Part shown: in pieces, positions 1 to 10,594 of the stretch
Layout: every line of letters begins with the position of its first letter
How positions within the stretch are numbered: the first letter of the stretch is position 1
Assembly: GCA_963696385.1 (NCBI GenBank)
Contig: CAVOKF010000007.1
Coordinates: 928,001 to 992,000, forward strand
Length of the DNA stretch: 64,000 nucleotides
From: an uncultured delta proteobacterium
GTDB lineage: Bacteria > Myxococcota_A > Polyangia > Polyangiales > Polyangiaceae
Direction of reading: 5' to 3'
Notes under the pieces: generated by a model
Databases searched by the model: none
Told to the model about the DNA's origin: nothing
Seen by the model: only the letters and a program-made list of their open reading frames with translations
Position numbers and translations under genes: made by a program

Positions 1-1675
1 GGGCGAGCTCATCGTCGACGACGGATGGGTCGACGTCCCGTCCAAGTCGCGTGCACGGTTGTTTCTCGGACCGACGGTGGCTTCGCGCGGCGGAGTGAAG
101 CTGACACTCAGGCCGCCGTCCGACCCACTCGTGCTCGCGGACGACGCGTTGACGATGCCGCCGCTTGAAGTGACCCTCGACACGCCCGACGGATTCCGCG
201 GTGGATTCGAGCTGACGGGCGGGGCGACGCGACTGACGAGCGATCCCGTTCTGTCGGTGGACGCACGACTGGAGCCGCTCGACCTTGCGATTCTGGGTCG
301 GCTCCTGCCCAGACTGGAGCGTATCAACGGGCACGTGGACGGCCGCGTTCACCTCTCGGGTACCGTAAAGTCGCCCGAGATCGCCGGCGAGCTTCACGCG
401 ATCGGCGACGACATCGAGGTGCGGGGATTCCCGAGTCCCTTCACCGACGTCCAGGTCGACATCCAGGCCACGGCTCGCCAGATTTCGGCCTCCGGCACCG
501 CCCGAGTCGCCGGCGGAACCATCGCACTGCACGGGGCCGTTCCCGTCCGGGGCTTTGAGATTGGCTCGCTCGAATCGCGCGTCGCCGTGCGCGGAGTGCG
601 CTTGGCGCCGGCCGACGGCGTCTCGGCGAGCGCCGACGCGGACCTGCACATCTCCTACAATCCCAGAGCCCAGGGCGGCCAGACGGCCGCATTGCCTCAC
701 ATCGCCGGCGACGTGACCTTCGGCGCGGTGAGCTACACGAGACCCATCACGTTCAACCTGGATCTGGCGTCGGCCCGGGCCAAGCGAACGGTCGTCGACG
801 CGTACGACCCGACGCTCGATTTCGTCGTCTTCGACGTGCAAATGGCGTCCAAGGCTCCGATCGTCATCAAGAACAATCTGATCGAAGTTCAGCTCGGCAT
901 CGACTCGGGGGGGCTCGAGGTGACCGGTACCAACCAGCGGCTCGGACTGCGGGGTGCCCTACGAGCGCTTCCCGGCGGACGCTTCCACTTTCAAGGAAAC
1001 GACTTCGAAGTCCAACAGGGGCTGATTCGTTTCGACGACCCGACCCGGATCGACCCGAACGTGGACATCACCGCGGTGACGGACTACCGCCGATACACGG
1101 ACACGAGCGCGGGCACGGCGGCCGGCGCGGGAACCGGCGGTGGCCCGGCGGCGGCATCGGCGAACTCGACCCAGGGGGGATCTCTCTGGCGCATCACGAT
1201 GCACGCGTACGGCGACGCCGACAACGTGCGCATCGAGTTGACGAGCGAGCCTGCGCTGGCCCAGGACGACATCGTTCTGCTGCTCGCGGTGGGCATGACC
1301 CGGGCCGAGCTCGACCAGCTCCAAGCGAGCGGCATCGAGGGCGTGGCGCTGGGCGTCATCGGCACGGCGACGGGCGCCGACAGCGTGGTCAAACAGGCCA
1401 TCCCAATCATCGACGATTTCCGTTTTGGAAGCGCCTATTCCACGGTGACGGGAAAAACCGAGCCCCAGCTCACCGTCGGCAAGCGCCTCACGAACGAGCT
1501 TCGCGCGAGCGTGCAAGCCGCGCTGAGCGACGATAGCGAGCTGCGGGCCAACATCGAGTGGCGTCTGAACAACCGCTTGAGTTTGCAGGGCTCGTACGAC
1601 AACATCAACGACATCTCATCGTCGGCCCTCGGCAACCTCGGCGTGGATCTTCGCTGGAGACTCAATTTCGAGTAG
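1..1675 (+). CDS. tamB: TamB/AsmA-family translocation and assembly module protein (C-terminal part; 5' end lies outside the window)
   Basis: The frame is open from base 2 (GELIVDDGWVD...). DUF490-like C-terminus (F.GNDFEVQQGLIRF..P..IDP.VDITA; LTSEPALAQDDIVLLL; LTVGKRLT; LGVDLRWRLNFE). Lies directly upstream of an Omp85 gene. Confidence 0.85.
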   Translation, partial: GELIVDDGWVDVPSKSRARLFLGPTVASRGGVKLTLRPPSDPLVLADDALTMPPLEVTLDTPDGFRGGFELTGGATRLTSDPVLSVDARLEPLDLAILGRLLPRLERINGHVDGRVHLSGTVKSPEIAGELHAIGDDIEVRGFPSPFTDVQVDIQATARQISASGTARVAGGTIALHGAVPVRGFEIGSLESRVAVRGVRLAPADGVSASADADLHISYNPRAQGGQTAALPHIAGDVTFGAVSYTRPITFNLDLASARAKRTVVDAYDPTLDFVVFDVQMASKAPIVIKNNLIEVQLGIDSGGLEVTGTNQRLGLRGALRALPGGRFHFQGNDFEVQQGLIRFDDPTRIDPNVDITAVTDYRRYTDTSAGTAAGAGTGGGPAAASANSTQGGSLWRITMHAYGDADNVRIELTSEPALAQDDIVLLLAVGMTRAELDQLQASGIEGVALGVIGTATGADSVVKQAIPIIDDFRFGSAYSTVTGKTEPQLTVGKRLTNELRASVQAALSDDSELRANIEWRLNNRLSLQGSYDNINDISSSALGNLGVDLRWRLNFE

Positions 1676-1684
1676 CCGGACCGG

Positions 1685-4600
1685 ATGCGCCTCGGTGTTC
1701 TGCTCTTGGCCGTCCTCATCGGCTGCTTGCCGATCGCGTTCGGGGATCCGGCGCGGGCGGACGACCGACCCGCGCAAGACTTGACACCGATCGCCCCCAT
1801 GCCCGCGGTCGAACCGCCGGCGACCGTCCCTCGTCTCGACCCACCGCCGGACCTGTCGGGCCTGACCGGAAAGCCCATCGTTCGCGTCGCCGTAATGCTC
1901 GAGGCGAGTGTCGGGGACGACCTGAGATCCCCGGCGATCACGAGCGTCAAGCCGGGCGAGCTCCTGACACCCGCCGTCGCACGGCGCGCGCTCGACGAGC
2001 TGTTGCGGTCCGGGCGGTTCGCGCGAGGCCGTGTGTCCGCGGAGGCCGAGGGCCGGGGCGTAGCGCTCGTGGTGAAGGTCGTGCCGCGAAAGATCATCGG
2101 GCGGCTGTCCGTGGATCTCCACGGCACGAGCGTCGATCCGGACGAGCTACTGCGCCAGACCAACTTGGTCGAAGGGGGCGAGATCGTCGCGGCGGACATC
2201 GACGTCACGCAAAGGCGAATCGAGTCCCAGTGTGCGCTGCACGGCTATCCAAACGCGCGGGCCACGATCACGACGCACGAGATGAGTGATCCGATGCGCG
2301 CGCGCGTCGTGCTCGAGGTGCTTCCAGGCGTGCCCCGATCCATCGACCAGCGACTTTTCTACGCTTCCGGCTCGAACGCCGACCGCATTATCGAGATCGC
2401 GAAGAGCTATGCGGTCGACGTGCACGGCCGCGCGGACGAGCCCGTGCTCGACCAAGCGGACATCGCGCTCGAACAGACATTGCGCGGGCGAGGATGGTTC
2501 AAGGCCAGCGTGTCGCACGATCTTGCCAAGGTTGCCTCGGGCCCCCGCACCGGGGCGATCGTGTTGCGGGTCCGGATCGACTCGGGTCCGCTTTTCGTCG
2601 CTCGTTTCGAAGGAAACGAGCACTACGATGCGGACGTGCTCACGACCGTGCTCGGAATCGAGACCGAGACGGATCGGTCGCCGACGCACTTGGCCGATAG
2701 AATTCGGGCCTTCTACCAAAAGCGGGGATTTTTGGACGCCGTCGTGCGCGTCCAAGTTCGCGGTGGAGAGTCCGATGCCGTCCTCCTGCTCGTCTTCCGC
2801 ATCGACGAGTACGACCGCGTCCGCGTAGCGGGTCGGAGCTATCCGTGCCTCAAGACCGAGGCGATCAAGAGGCTCAACGCCGGCGGTCCGCGATCGCCGG
2901 CAGACATCGGAACGGAGATCGACAGCTATCTCGACGAAGAGCTACCCGGGGCGGACCTGTTCGTGGACCCGGATCCGCGAGTCGTCAGCGCGACCATCGG
3001 CGGGGGCACCGGACAGGTCGCGCGAGCGCCACGCCCGGTGCCGATCGACCTTCGCCCCGACGTGACGTACGTCGCGGACACCTACGATCGGGCCATCGAG
3101 CACGTCCAGGCGCTCTACCGCAACGAAGGGTTCTTGCACGCCGAGGTGGGTCCGGTCGGCGTCGTACGGGCTCGATGCAATCCACGCTCGCCGCCCGAGC
3201 GATGCGTCCCGATGCCCATGCCGCCGCTTCCGACGGAAGCGTGTACGTACGACTCGACCGGACTACCCGCACCGAGCGAGCCGCTCGACCCGGCGCTGAC
3301 CTGCCGTCCGGATCCGGCACACGGCATCGCGTGTGCCCCGGTCGTTCAACTGTACATTCCCATCAAGTTGGGACCCCGGACCCGTCTTTGGGATCTCGCA
3401 TTTACGGGCGTCAAGGCGGCCAGTGAACGGGCCTTGGCCGATGCGGCCGACCTGCGGCTCGGTGACGCGGCCAGCACGACCAAAATCGAAGACGCCCGCC
3501 GACGAGTCGTCGATTGGTACAAGGAGCACGGATATTACTACGTCGACGTCAAGTACGCGTTCGATCCGTCGGCCGACAACACCCGTGCGCGGGCGCGCTT
3601 CGACGTGACCGAGGGCGATCAGGTCATCGTCCGATCCATCGTCGTTCGGGGCCTGCAGAATACCAAGGAGAGTGTCGTTCGGCGGCGATTCGCCCTCGAG
3701 ATCGGGCAGCCCTATCGCCAAAGCGACGTTCGAAAGACCCAGGAGCACGTGTCGACTCTCGGCGTCTTCTCGAGCGTCACGGTCTCGCTCATCGACCCCT
3801 ACGTGCCACAGCCGTACAAGGACGTGGTCGTCGAGGTGGTCGAACGCGACTCCCAATACGTCGAAGTTCGCCCTGGGCTTTCCACCGGAGAAGGGGTGCG
3901 CGGGGTGCTCGAATACGGCCACCGCAACTTGCTCGGCGACGCTTGGTCGATGACGGTGCACCTGCAGGCGTCGTACCTGCCCGACTTCTTGATCCTCGAC
4001 GAAGGCGTCAAGGCCAACTACGCGGGCCTCACGACGGCGCAGCGCATCGCAACACGCGACACGCTGACATTTTCGTGGCCGGAGGTCGGACTTGGACCGA
4101 CGATCCGCTCGCAGGTGGACGGCATTTACGTTAATGATCTCGAACGGGATTTCACGCTTCGAAAGGCGGCCGTGGTCGGAACGCTCTTCTGGCGACCCAT
4201 ACGGGAGGTCCTGATCAGCATCGGCGCCGATTACGAGAACAACGACGTCCGCCTGTTCGACGTATGCACCCCACCCGCCCCCGCATCGACTTCCGCCGCG
4301 GCATCGACCACGTCCACGCCGCCGACGGGCCCGTGCGCGACGATCAGCGAGTACCTGATGCAAAATCCCGGCAACAGCGAGCTTGCCACACTGTTGCGCG
4401 TCCCCGACGGAGACAGCAACGTCGTCGCCGATCGGGTCGTACTTACCTGGGATCGGCGCGACAACCCATTCAACGCGCACAGGGGAACGTACGTCGTCGT
4501 CGGGATCGAACAAGTCAACTCGTACCCCGCAGGCAGCGCCCCGGTCACGGGTGACGAGCAGTACGAGAGCCACTTCTTCCGGCTCACGCAAACGCTGGCG

Positions 4601-5137
4601 GGCTACATTCCCGTCACGAACGGCATCACGTTCGCCGCGGAGCTGCGACTCGGCGAGAACGTGACCCCATGGTGCTCCGAACGACCGGGGCCTGGCCCGC
4701 CGGTCCACTGGGAGTGCACGTATCCGGACCGGGAATTTTTCATGGGCGGGTTCGAATCGATGCGGGGCTGGTTGCAGGACAGCTTCATTCCGCAGGATTA
4801 CGTCGATCAGATCAGCCAGCATGCTCTGACGTGCACGAACAACCAGACCTCGTGCAGCGTGCCGGAACGCGGCGGCAATCTGATGTTCAATCCGCGGGCG
4901 GAGCTTCGATTTCCAGTCCGCTTGCCGATCGAAGCATCGCTCTTCGGGGATCTCGGCAATGTCTGGGTCGACCCTACGTACGTGTTCAATCACCCGTTCA
5001 CGCTGCGCGCCGACGTGGGCGCGGGAGTTCGCGTCGACACGCCCGTGGGACCCCTCGTGTTCGATTACGGCATCAATGTGACGCGCAAATCGTACGAGGA
5101 CTTCGGCGCATTCCACTTTGCCATCGGCCTATTCTGA
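1685..5137 (+). CDS. Omp85-family outer membrane protein (TamA/BamA type) with multiple POTRA domains
   Basis: Signal peptide; POTRA-like repeats (FEGNEHY, YQKRGFLDA, YKEHGYYYVDV, GLQNTKESVVRR); barrel C-terminus GAGVRVDTPVGPLVFDYG...FHFAIGLF ending in Phe. Confidence 0.9.
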   Translation: MRLGVLLLAVLIGCLPIAFGDPARADDRPAQDLTPIAPMPAVEPPATVPRLDPPPDLSGLTGKPIVRVAVMLEASVGDDLRSPAITSVKPGELLTPAVARRALDELLRSGRFARGRVSAEAEGRGVALVVKVVPRKIIGRLSVDLHGTSVDPDELLRQTNLVEGGEIVAADIDVTQRRIESQCALHGYPNARATITTHEMSDPMRARVVLEVLPGVPRSIDQRLFYASGSNADRIIEIAKSYAVDVHGRADEPVLDQADIALEQTLRGRGWFKASVSHDLAKVASGPRTGAIVLRVRIDSGPLFVARFEGNEHYDADVLTTVLGIETETDRSPTHLADRIRAFYQKRGFLDAVVRVQVRGGESDAVLLLVFRIDEYDRVRVAGRSYPCLKTEAIKRLNAGGPRSPADIGTEIDSYLDEELPGADLFVDPDPRVVSATIGGGTGQVARAPRPVPIDLRPDVTYVADTYDRAIEHVQALYRNEGFLHAEVGPVGVVRARCNPRSPPERCVPMPMPPLPTEACTYDSTGLPAPSEPLDPALTCRPDPAHGIACAPVVQLYIPIKLGPRTRLWDLAFTGVKAASERALADAADLRLGDAASTTKIEDARRRVVDWYKEHGYYYVDVKYAFDPSADNTRARARFDVTEGDQVIVRSIVVRGLQNTKESVVRRRFALEIGQPYRQSDVRKTQEHVSTLGVFSSVTVSLIDPYVPQPYKDVVVEVVERDSQYVEVRPGLSTGEGVRGVLEYGHRNLLGDAWSMTVHLQASYLPDFLILDEGVKANYAGLTTAQRIATRDTLTFSWPEVGLGPTIRSQVDGIYVNDLERDFTLRKAAVVGTLFWRPIREVLISIGADYENNDVRLFDVCTPPAPASTSAAASTTSTPPTGPCATISEYLMQNPGNSELATLLRVPDGDSNVVADRVVLTWDRRDNPFNAHRGTYVVVGIEQVNSYPAGSAPVTGDEQYESHFFRLTQTLAGYIPVTNGITFAAELRLGENVTPWCSERPGPGPPVHWECTYPDREFFMGGFESMRGWLQDSFIPQDYVDQISQHALTCTNNQTSCSVPERGGNLMFNPRAELRFPVRLPIEASLFGDLGNVWVDPTYVFNHPFTLRADVGAGVRVDTPVGPLVFDYGINVTRKSYEDFGAFHFAIGLF

Positions 5138-5168
5138 AGGCTCTTTCGGCATGCGGTCGGCGTCGACG

Positions 5169-6371
5169 TCATCGCCGTCGTATGCCGATCTCGGTCCATG
5201 CCTCGGCTACCGCCGACACAACGCGGTCTTGATCATCATGGCCCAGCGTGGGGTACATGGGCAGACTGATCGTGCGATCCCCAATCTCTTCGGCGACCGG
5301 CAATAGACCCGGGGTCGCTCCGAGGCGCTCCGAGAGATACGCCAGCCGATGGATCGCTCGGTAGTTGACGGCGGTGCCGATGCCGGCTTGCCCGAGACGT
5401 GCGAGGATCGCGTCGCGGTCGTTGGGGGGCGCGTGGAGGGTGAACAGGTGGTGGCTGCTGCGTCCGCGCGGCTCGACCAACCAGGGTACGCCACGCTCGC
5501 CAGGCGACGGCGTCCGCAGCTCGGCGATGCGCTCACGCAGGCCCGATTCGTAGCGGCGCGTGACCTGCTCGCGTTGTGCCCGCTTCGCTTCGACACGGGC
5601 GAGCTGCGGACGAAGAAGCGCCGCGTCGAGATCCGTCAGGTTCGCCTTGTATCCGAGCTCCACGAGGTCCCAATGCCGGTATTCGGCCCCGTGTCGCTCC
5701 GTCGCTGCCTTGGACAGGCCATGGTTTCTGAGCCGCCTCAGTCGATCGGCAATTCGCGGCTCCCGCGTCGCGATGGCGCCACCGTCCCCGCAGGTCACGT
5801 TCTTCGTCGCATAAAACGAAAATACGGCCGCTTCCGACAAATCCGCCGGGCGGACCCCGTCGCGCTCCATTTCGATGCCGTGCGCCGAGTCCTCGACGAT
5901 GAAGAGGCCATGTCGATCGGCGATCTGGCGAAGCGCCTTCATGTCGGCGAGCTGCCCGTACAGGTGCACCGGAAGGATGCCCACGGTGCGCGGCCCGACC
6001 CCGGCACGAACCGCCTCGGGGTCGATGAGACCCGTGGCGGGCTCCACGTCGACGAGCTTCGGCGTCGCCCCGGCGTGCAGGATGGCGTTGGCCGTGGCTG
6101 CGAAGGTCATTGGGGTCGTGATCACTTCGTCACCCGGCCCGACGTCGAGAGCGCGCAGCGCGAGCAAGAGTCCCATCGAACACGACGTCACCCCCACGAC
6201 GTGCGGGGCCGTCGTCCCCGGCCGGCCGCGCGCCAGAAAGGCGCCCAACTCCTGCTCGAAGGCGGCTACCTGGGGACCCAGCGTGAGAAACAGCGTGTCG
6301 AGAACACCCCGCCAGGATGCCGCCTCCTCGTCGCCGAGCTGGTGGCGGTAAAACTCGACCTTCTCGATCAT
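5169..6371 (-). CDS. DegT/DnrJ/EryC1/StrS-family PLP-dependent sugar aminotransferase
   Basis: GPGDEVITTPMTFAATANAI, ILPVHLYGQ, IVEDSAH, FSFYATKNVTCGDGG, RTISLPMYP. Confidence 0.93.
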   Translation of the reverse strand: MIEKVEFYRHQLGDEEAASWRGVLDTLFLTLGPQVAAFEQELGAFLARGRPGTTAPHVVGVTSCSMGLLLALRALDVGPGDEVITTPMTFAATANAILHAGATPKLVDVEPATGLIDPEAVRAGVGPRTVGILPVHLYGQLADMKALRQIADRHGLFIVEDSAHGIEMERDGVRPADLSEAAVFSFYATKNVTCGDGGAIATREPRIADRLRRLRNHGLSKAATERHGAEYRHWDLVELGYKANLTDLDAALLRPQLARVEAKRAQREQVTRRYESGLRERIAELRTPSPGERGVPWLVEPRGRSSHHLFTLHAPPNDRDAILARLGQAGIGTAVNYRAIHRLAYLSERLGATPGLLPVAEEIGDRTISLPMYPTLGHDDQDRVVSAVAEAWTEIGIRRR

Positions 6372-7417
6372 GACGCCGGCGAGAGGAGCCGCCCGTCGAT
6401 GGCAAGCTCGCGGTGTGCGCGCTCCGCGTCTCGCAAGAACAGGTACTGACTCAGCGTGTACCCGCGCCGGTCTTCCGGATCGACGGTTCCGTCACGGAGC
6501 GCCGCGAGCACCTCTTGGATCCCATCGTCGACCGTTCGCTCCGCTCGAAACCCGAGCACCCGATGAACTTTCTCGAAAGAGACGTTGTAGTCTCGTAAGT
6601 CCGGATCCGTCGGCGCGTGAACGACTTCGGTCCCCGGAACGGCGTCTCGCACTCGAAAGGCGAGATTCAAGATCTGGACGTTGTTCCCGTCGGAGCCCAC
6701 GTTGAAGACTTCGCCGCCGACGCCGGGGGCCGGAGAGGTCAGCGCCAGTTCGAAGGCCCGCGCGACGTCGCGCACGTGGACGAAGGGGCGCCATTGCCGC
6801 CCGCCCCCGTCCACCACGATGCGCCGCTTCACGTACGCATTCTTGGTCATCACGTTGATGGCCAGATCGAAGCGCATCCGCGAACTCAGACCGAACACGG
6901 TCGCCAGGCGCAAACACACGACGTCCATGGCTCCACCGGACGCGCGACCGAGCGCGAGAAGGAGGTCCTCGGCCTCGGCCTTCGCCCGCGCATACAGCGA
7001 GACCGGGCGGCGCGCGCTCGTCTCGGTCAACCCGAGTCCCTCGCCGTGGCCATACACCGAGCACGACGACGAGAAAACGTAACGTCGTACGCCGTGCTCC
7101 CGCGCGGCAACCGCGAGCCGCCTGGCGCCCTCGACGTTCACGCTACGCGTAAGCTCGGGCTCGAGCTCGCACGAAGGGTCGTTCGAAATTCCGGACAGGT
7201 CGATGACCGCATCGATCGACCCGAGCAATCCTTGGTCGAAGCCGCGCACGTCGCCCCGGACCACGCGAAGTCTCTCGCCAAATTGGGCACGGGAACGGGC
7301 GAGCGTGTCGCCGAAGTACAGCCGGTCGAGGACCGTGAGGCGGTGGCCCCGTTCGAGCAGTGCCGACACCAGAACGGAGCCGATGTAGCCGGCGCCGCCG
7401 GCGACGAAAACATGCAT
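6368..7417 (-). CDS. NAD-dependent epimerase/dehydratase (extended SDR)
   Basis: VAGGAGYIGS, SSSCSVYG, YARAK (YxxxK), RPFVHVRD; 4-bp overlap with the aminotransferase gene. Confidence 0.93.
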   Translation of the reverse strand: MHVFVAGGAGYIGSVLVSALLERGHRLTVLDRLYFGDTLARSRAQFGERLRVVRGDVRGFDQGLLGSIDAVIDLSGISNDPSCELEPELTRSVNVEGARRLAVAAREHGVRRYVFSSSCSVYGHGEGLGLTETSARRPVSLYARAKAEAEDLLLALGRASGGAMDVVCLRLATVFGLSSRMRFDLAINVMTKNAYVKRRIVVDGGGRQWRPFVHVRDVARAFELALTSPAPGVGGEVFNVGSDGNNVQILNLAFRVRDAVPGTEVVHAPTDPDLRDYNVSFEKVHRVLGFRAERTVDDGIQEVLAALRDGTVDPEDRRGYTLSQYLFLRDAERAHRELAIDGRLLSPAS

Positions 7418-7481
7418 GAGTACGGGCAGCTACCACGAAAGCGTCCGTTTCGATAGCAGCCGGGCTACCGTAGCCGAGGTC

Positions 7482-8777
7482 ATGAGCGGTTCGGGCATTT
7501 CGACGACCCCTCGCTCGGCGTCCGATCGCCTCTGGCACCTGGTCATCTGGGGAGCGACGGGATTCACGGGCCGTCTCGCCGCCGAGGCCATGGCGCGCCG
7601 CTACGGCGGCAATCCGGCCGTTCGCTGGGCGATCGCGGGTCGCGATCGGAGCAAGCTCGAAAAGGTGCGCGACGAGCTTGGACGGGTCGCCGAGCGTGCG
7701 CGCGACGTGCCTATCGTGATCGCCGACAGCCGAGACCGAGCGTCGCTCGACGCCCTCGCCCGCGACACGCGCGTCGTCGCGAGCGCCGTGGGTCCATTCG
7801 CCGTTTATGGGGCCGATCTGGTCGGCGCGTGCGTGGCGGCGGCGACCGACTACTGCGACATCACGGGCGAGACGCCATTCGTTCGCGAGATGATCGACCG
7901 ATACCACGCCCGAGCCCGCGCCACCGGTGCACGAATCGTTCACTGTTGCGGATACGACGCAGTCCCGTCGGATCTCGGAACGTTGATGATCCAGACGCAC
8001 ATGCGCAAAACGCACGCCACGCACTGCCGGGTCGTGAAGTACTTCGCCTGCGAAACCCGGGGCGGCGTCAGCGGGGGGACGATCGCGAGCGTGATCGCAC
8101 TGTCGGAAGCTGCGTCGGCCGATCCTCGGGTAAGGCGCCTTTTGCGCGACCCCTATTCGCTCGACCCCGAGCACACCGGCGTGGGACCGGACGGACCGGA
8201 TCCGACCGGCGTTCGTTGGGACGACGACGTCGGAGGTTGGACCGCACCGTTCGCGATGGCCTCGGTCAACACCCGCGTCGTGCGCCGCACGAACGCGCTG
8301 CTCGGCTACGCGTACGGTCACGACTTCCGTTACAGCGAGATGACGAGCCTGGGGCCGGGCGCGGGCGGATGGTTGGCCGCAGTCGCCGTATCGGCGGCCA
8401 CGGCAGGCCTTGGCGCGACCATGCGCTTTCCGGCCGTCGCTCGCGCGGCGGCGCGCGCGCTCTTGCCGGCGCCCGGGCAAGGGCCGTCGAGACGCACACG
8501 CGAAGCCGGGCGATTCACGTCGCGCCTCGTCGGTCTCGCCAGCGCGGACCGCGCCGATCCAGCCAAGGTGTTCGCCGTCGTGCGCGGAGTGAGCGATCCG
8601 GGTTATGGCGAGACGGCCAAGATGCTGGTGGAGTCCGCCGTGTGTCTCGCGATGGACCGTGAGGCGATTGCGCACGAGGGCGGGGTGCTGACACCGGCCG
8701 CCTGCATGGGGTTGCGCCTGGTCGAGCGGCTGCGCGACGCCGGGATGACATTCGAGACGTCGACGACGCCGGTCTGA
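7482..8777 (+). CDS. Saccharopine dehydrogenase-like / trans-acting enoyl reductase family oxidoreductase
   Basis: IWGATGFTGRL, AIAGRDRSKL, YCDITGE, CGYDAVPSDLG, DPGYGETAKML, GGVLTPA. Start placed at ATG 7482 (the ORF track starts at 7416). Confidence 0.88.
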   Translation: MSGSGISTTPRSASDRLWHLVIWGATGFTGRLAAEAMARRYGGNPAVRWAIAGRDRSKLEKVRDELGRVAERARDVPIVIADSRDRASLDALARDTRVVASAVGPFAVYGADLVGACVAAATDYCDITGETPFVREMIDRYHARARATGARIVHCCGYDAVPSDLGTLMIQTHMRKTHATHCRVVKYFACETRGGVSGGTIASVIALSEAASADPRVRRLLRDPYSLDPEHTGVGPDGPDPTGVRWDDDVGGWTAPFAMASVNTRVVRRTNALLGYAYGHDFRYSEMTSLGPGAGGWLAAVAVSAATAGLGATMRFPAVARAAARALLPAPGQGPSRRTREAGRFTSRLVGLASADRADPAKVFAVVRGVSDPGYGETAKMLVESAVCLAMDREAIAHEGGVLTPAACMGLRLVERLRDAGMTFETSTTPV

Positions 8778-8794
8778 TCGCGCGGCCATTTACC

Positions 8795-10555
8795 CTAAAG
8801 GGCGCCGTCGTCCGGCAAACCTGCCGTGTCGAACGCCCAGAACCTGCCGTGATGCGCCAGCAGGCGCGCGGCGGCCGCGTCCTTCTTGAAGACGAGAGTG
8901 CGGACGACGGACTCCCCGCTCGCATCGCGCGCCACTTGATCGGGCGCCTTGATGATGACCAATGGGAACGCCCGCGCATACTTGCAGCGCGGATCGTAGG
9001 CCTCGGCGTCGAATTCCCAGCCGCGGGCCGGCCAGGCCGGTTGAGAGTTCGGCTTGAAGCGGACCGGAACGCTGAGATATCGGGCAAACGCGAACGCCCA
9101 CTGCCCGTGTTTGCGAGCCGCATAATACGCCGCGAGGTGGGTCAACGTGCCGTTTCGAAATGCGAGCGTCCACGGCTCCCAGATGACGGCGGTGGCAGCC
9201 CCCCCCATCGGCAACTCGTCGATCACGGCGGAAGCGTCGTTCGTCTCCCACGCAAAGAGCGCACAATGGGCCAAGAAGTTCAATCCGGTTACGACGCCGA
9301 GACGCAAGATGTAGCCGCGCCCGCGCGCCGCCACGTCGGGCGGAAACCTTGGCGTCGCGAGGATCGCCGCGAGGACCAGCCATTGGCCAAGGCGCGGGAA
9401 GATGAGATGCGTGCCGAGAAGGACCATCGGCGTGGCGAAATAGGCGATCGTCATCGCGAGCAGCGGCAGCAGCACCGGTCGGGAACGTTCGGGGACACGT
9501 TGACCCGACCGCGACAGCCTCCAAGCCACGACGGCGGACCAGGCCATGACCCCGAGCGCGATGAACAGGATGACTTGGTCGGTCGCATCGCCGAACAGAT
9601 CGAGCGCAAACGATCCGAACATGACAATCTTCTGCCAGGCGGGCGGAGCACTCCCTTCCATGGTGGGATCCCGATACATGTTGGGGTCCCAGGGGTACTG
9701 GCGCCGGTACACCGCGACGCAATAGACGCAGCCGATCGCCAGCGGGACCACGGCGACGGCCGCGCGGAGGACCGCTCGCGCGATTCGCCGACCGGCCGGC
9801 GCGGAGCCGTTCGAGTGGCGCCAGCCCAGTTCGAGCGCGAGCGCGGTCGCCAACACGCAAAGGATGATCATCGCCAAAACGTGCGCGAAGGCGCACATCA
9901 AGCCGAGCGCTCCGACGGTCATGGCCGACATCCACCGGGGTCGGATCGCCGCGCGGGCGACGAATACGAGCGCCCACGCAGCGACGGCGGTCGCGAGTAC
10001 GTAATTCGCGAAACCCCACCCCGCGGAAAATGAGAATAGGACAGGCGTAAACAGAGCGGCGTACTCCGGCGGACGCCGCGACACTTTCAGGAGTGCGACC
10101 ACCGCCGCCGCCATGGCTGCCAGAGACGCGGCGAGCACGAGGCGGCCCGCGAGCTCGATGGGCAGCAGGATCGACAGCCGGGCTACGAGGAGATGAAATA
10201 GTCCATTGTAGGTAAAAATATTGAGCTCGTACTGGCGGCGCTCGGGGGCAGTCGCGTCCCCCAGCCGGCGGGCGACATCGCTCAGCGCCAGGTGCTGGGG
10301 GTAGTCGACGCACGGCAAGAGCCGACTGACGAACAACCCCAGGAGCACGAGCGCCACCCCACCCCAGTAAAGAAGCGTATCGGATCGGGAATCCAGACTC
10401 AGGCCGGCGACCCAAGGCGCGGCGTGCACGCCGCGCGGAGCGCCGACGACGACGCGGCCGCAGGTAACGTCGCCCTCTCCGTCGGCTTGCGGTAAAGTGG
10501 GCACGGACTGGCCGAGCCGTTTACCGCACCGCTCGCCCACGGCCAAGCCGGACAC
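8795..10555 (-). CDS. Polytopic membrane protein, probable GT-C-fold glycosyltransferase-like; start uncertain (probably ~10430)
   Basis: About 10 hydrophobic segments; acidic/His motif DYPQHL after the first TM segment; GWGFANY motif; soluble C-terminal domain. Confidence 0.6.
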   Translation of the reverse strand: MSGLAVGERCGKRLGQSVPTLPQADGEGDVTCGRVVVGAPRGVHAAPWVAGLSLDSRSDTLLYWGGVALVLLGLFVSRLLPCVDYPQHLALSDVARRLGDATAPERRQYELNIFTYNGLFHLLVARLSILLPIELAGRLVLAASLAAMAAAVVALLKVSRRPPEYAALFTPVLFSFSAGWGFANYVLATAVAAWALVFVARAAIRPRWMSAMTVGALGLMCAFAHVLAMIILCVLATALALELGWRHSNGSAPAGRRIARAVLRAAVAVVPLAIGCVYCVAVYRRQYPWDPNMYRDPTMEGSAPPAWQKIVMFGSFALDLFGDATDQVILFIALGVMAWSAVVAWRLSRSGQRVPERSRPVLLPLLAMTIAYFATPMVLLGTHLIFPRLGQWLVLAAILATPRFPPDVAARGRGYILRLGVVTGLNFLAHCALFAWETNDASAVIDELPMGGAATAVIWEPWTLAFRNGTLTHLAAYYAARKHGQWAFAFARYLSVPVRFKPNSQPAWPARGWEFDAEAYDPRCKYARAFPLVIIKAPDQVARDASGESVVRTLVFKKDAAAARLLAHHGRFWAFDTAGLPDDGAL

Positions 10556-10594
10556 GAGAGACCCGGCAACCAGCGCAAGTGGGAACGGACTCCA

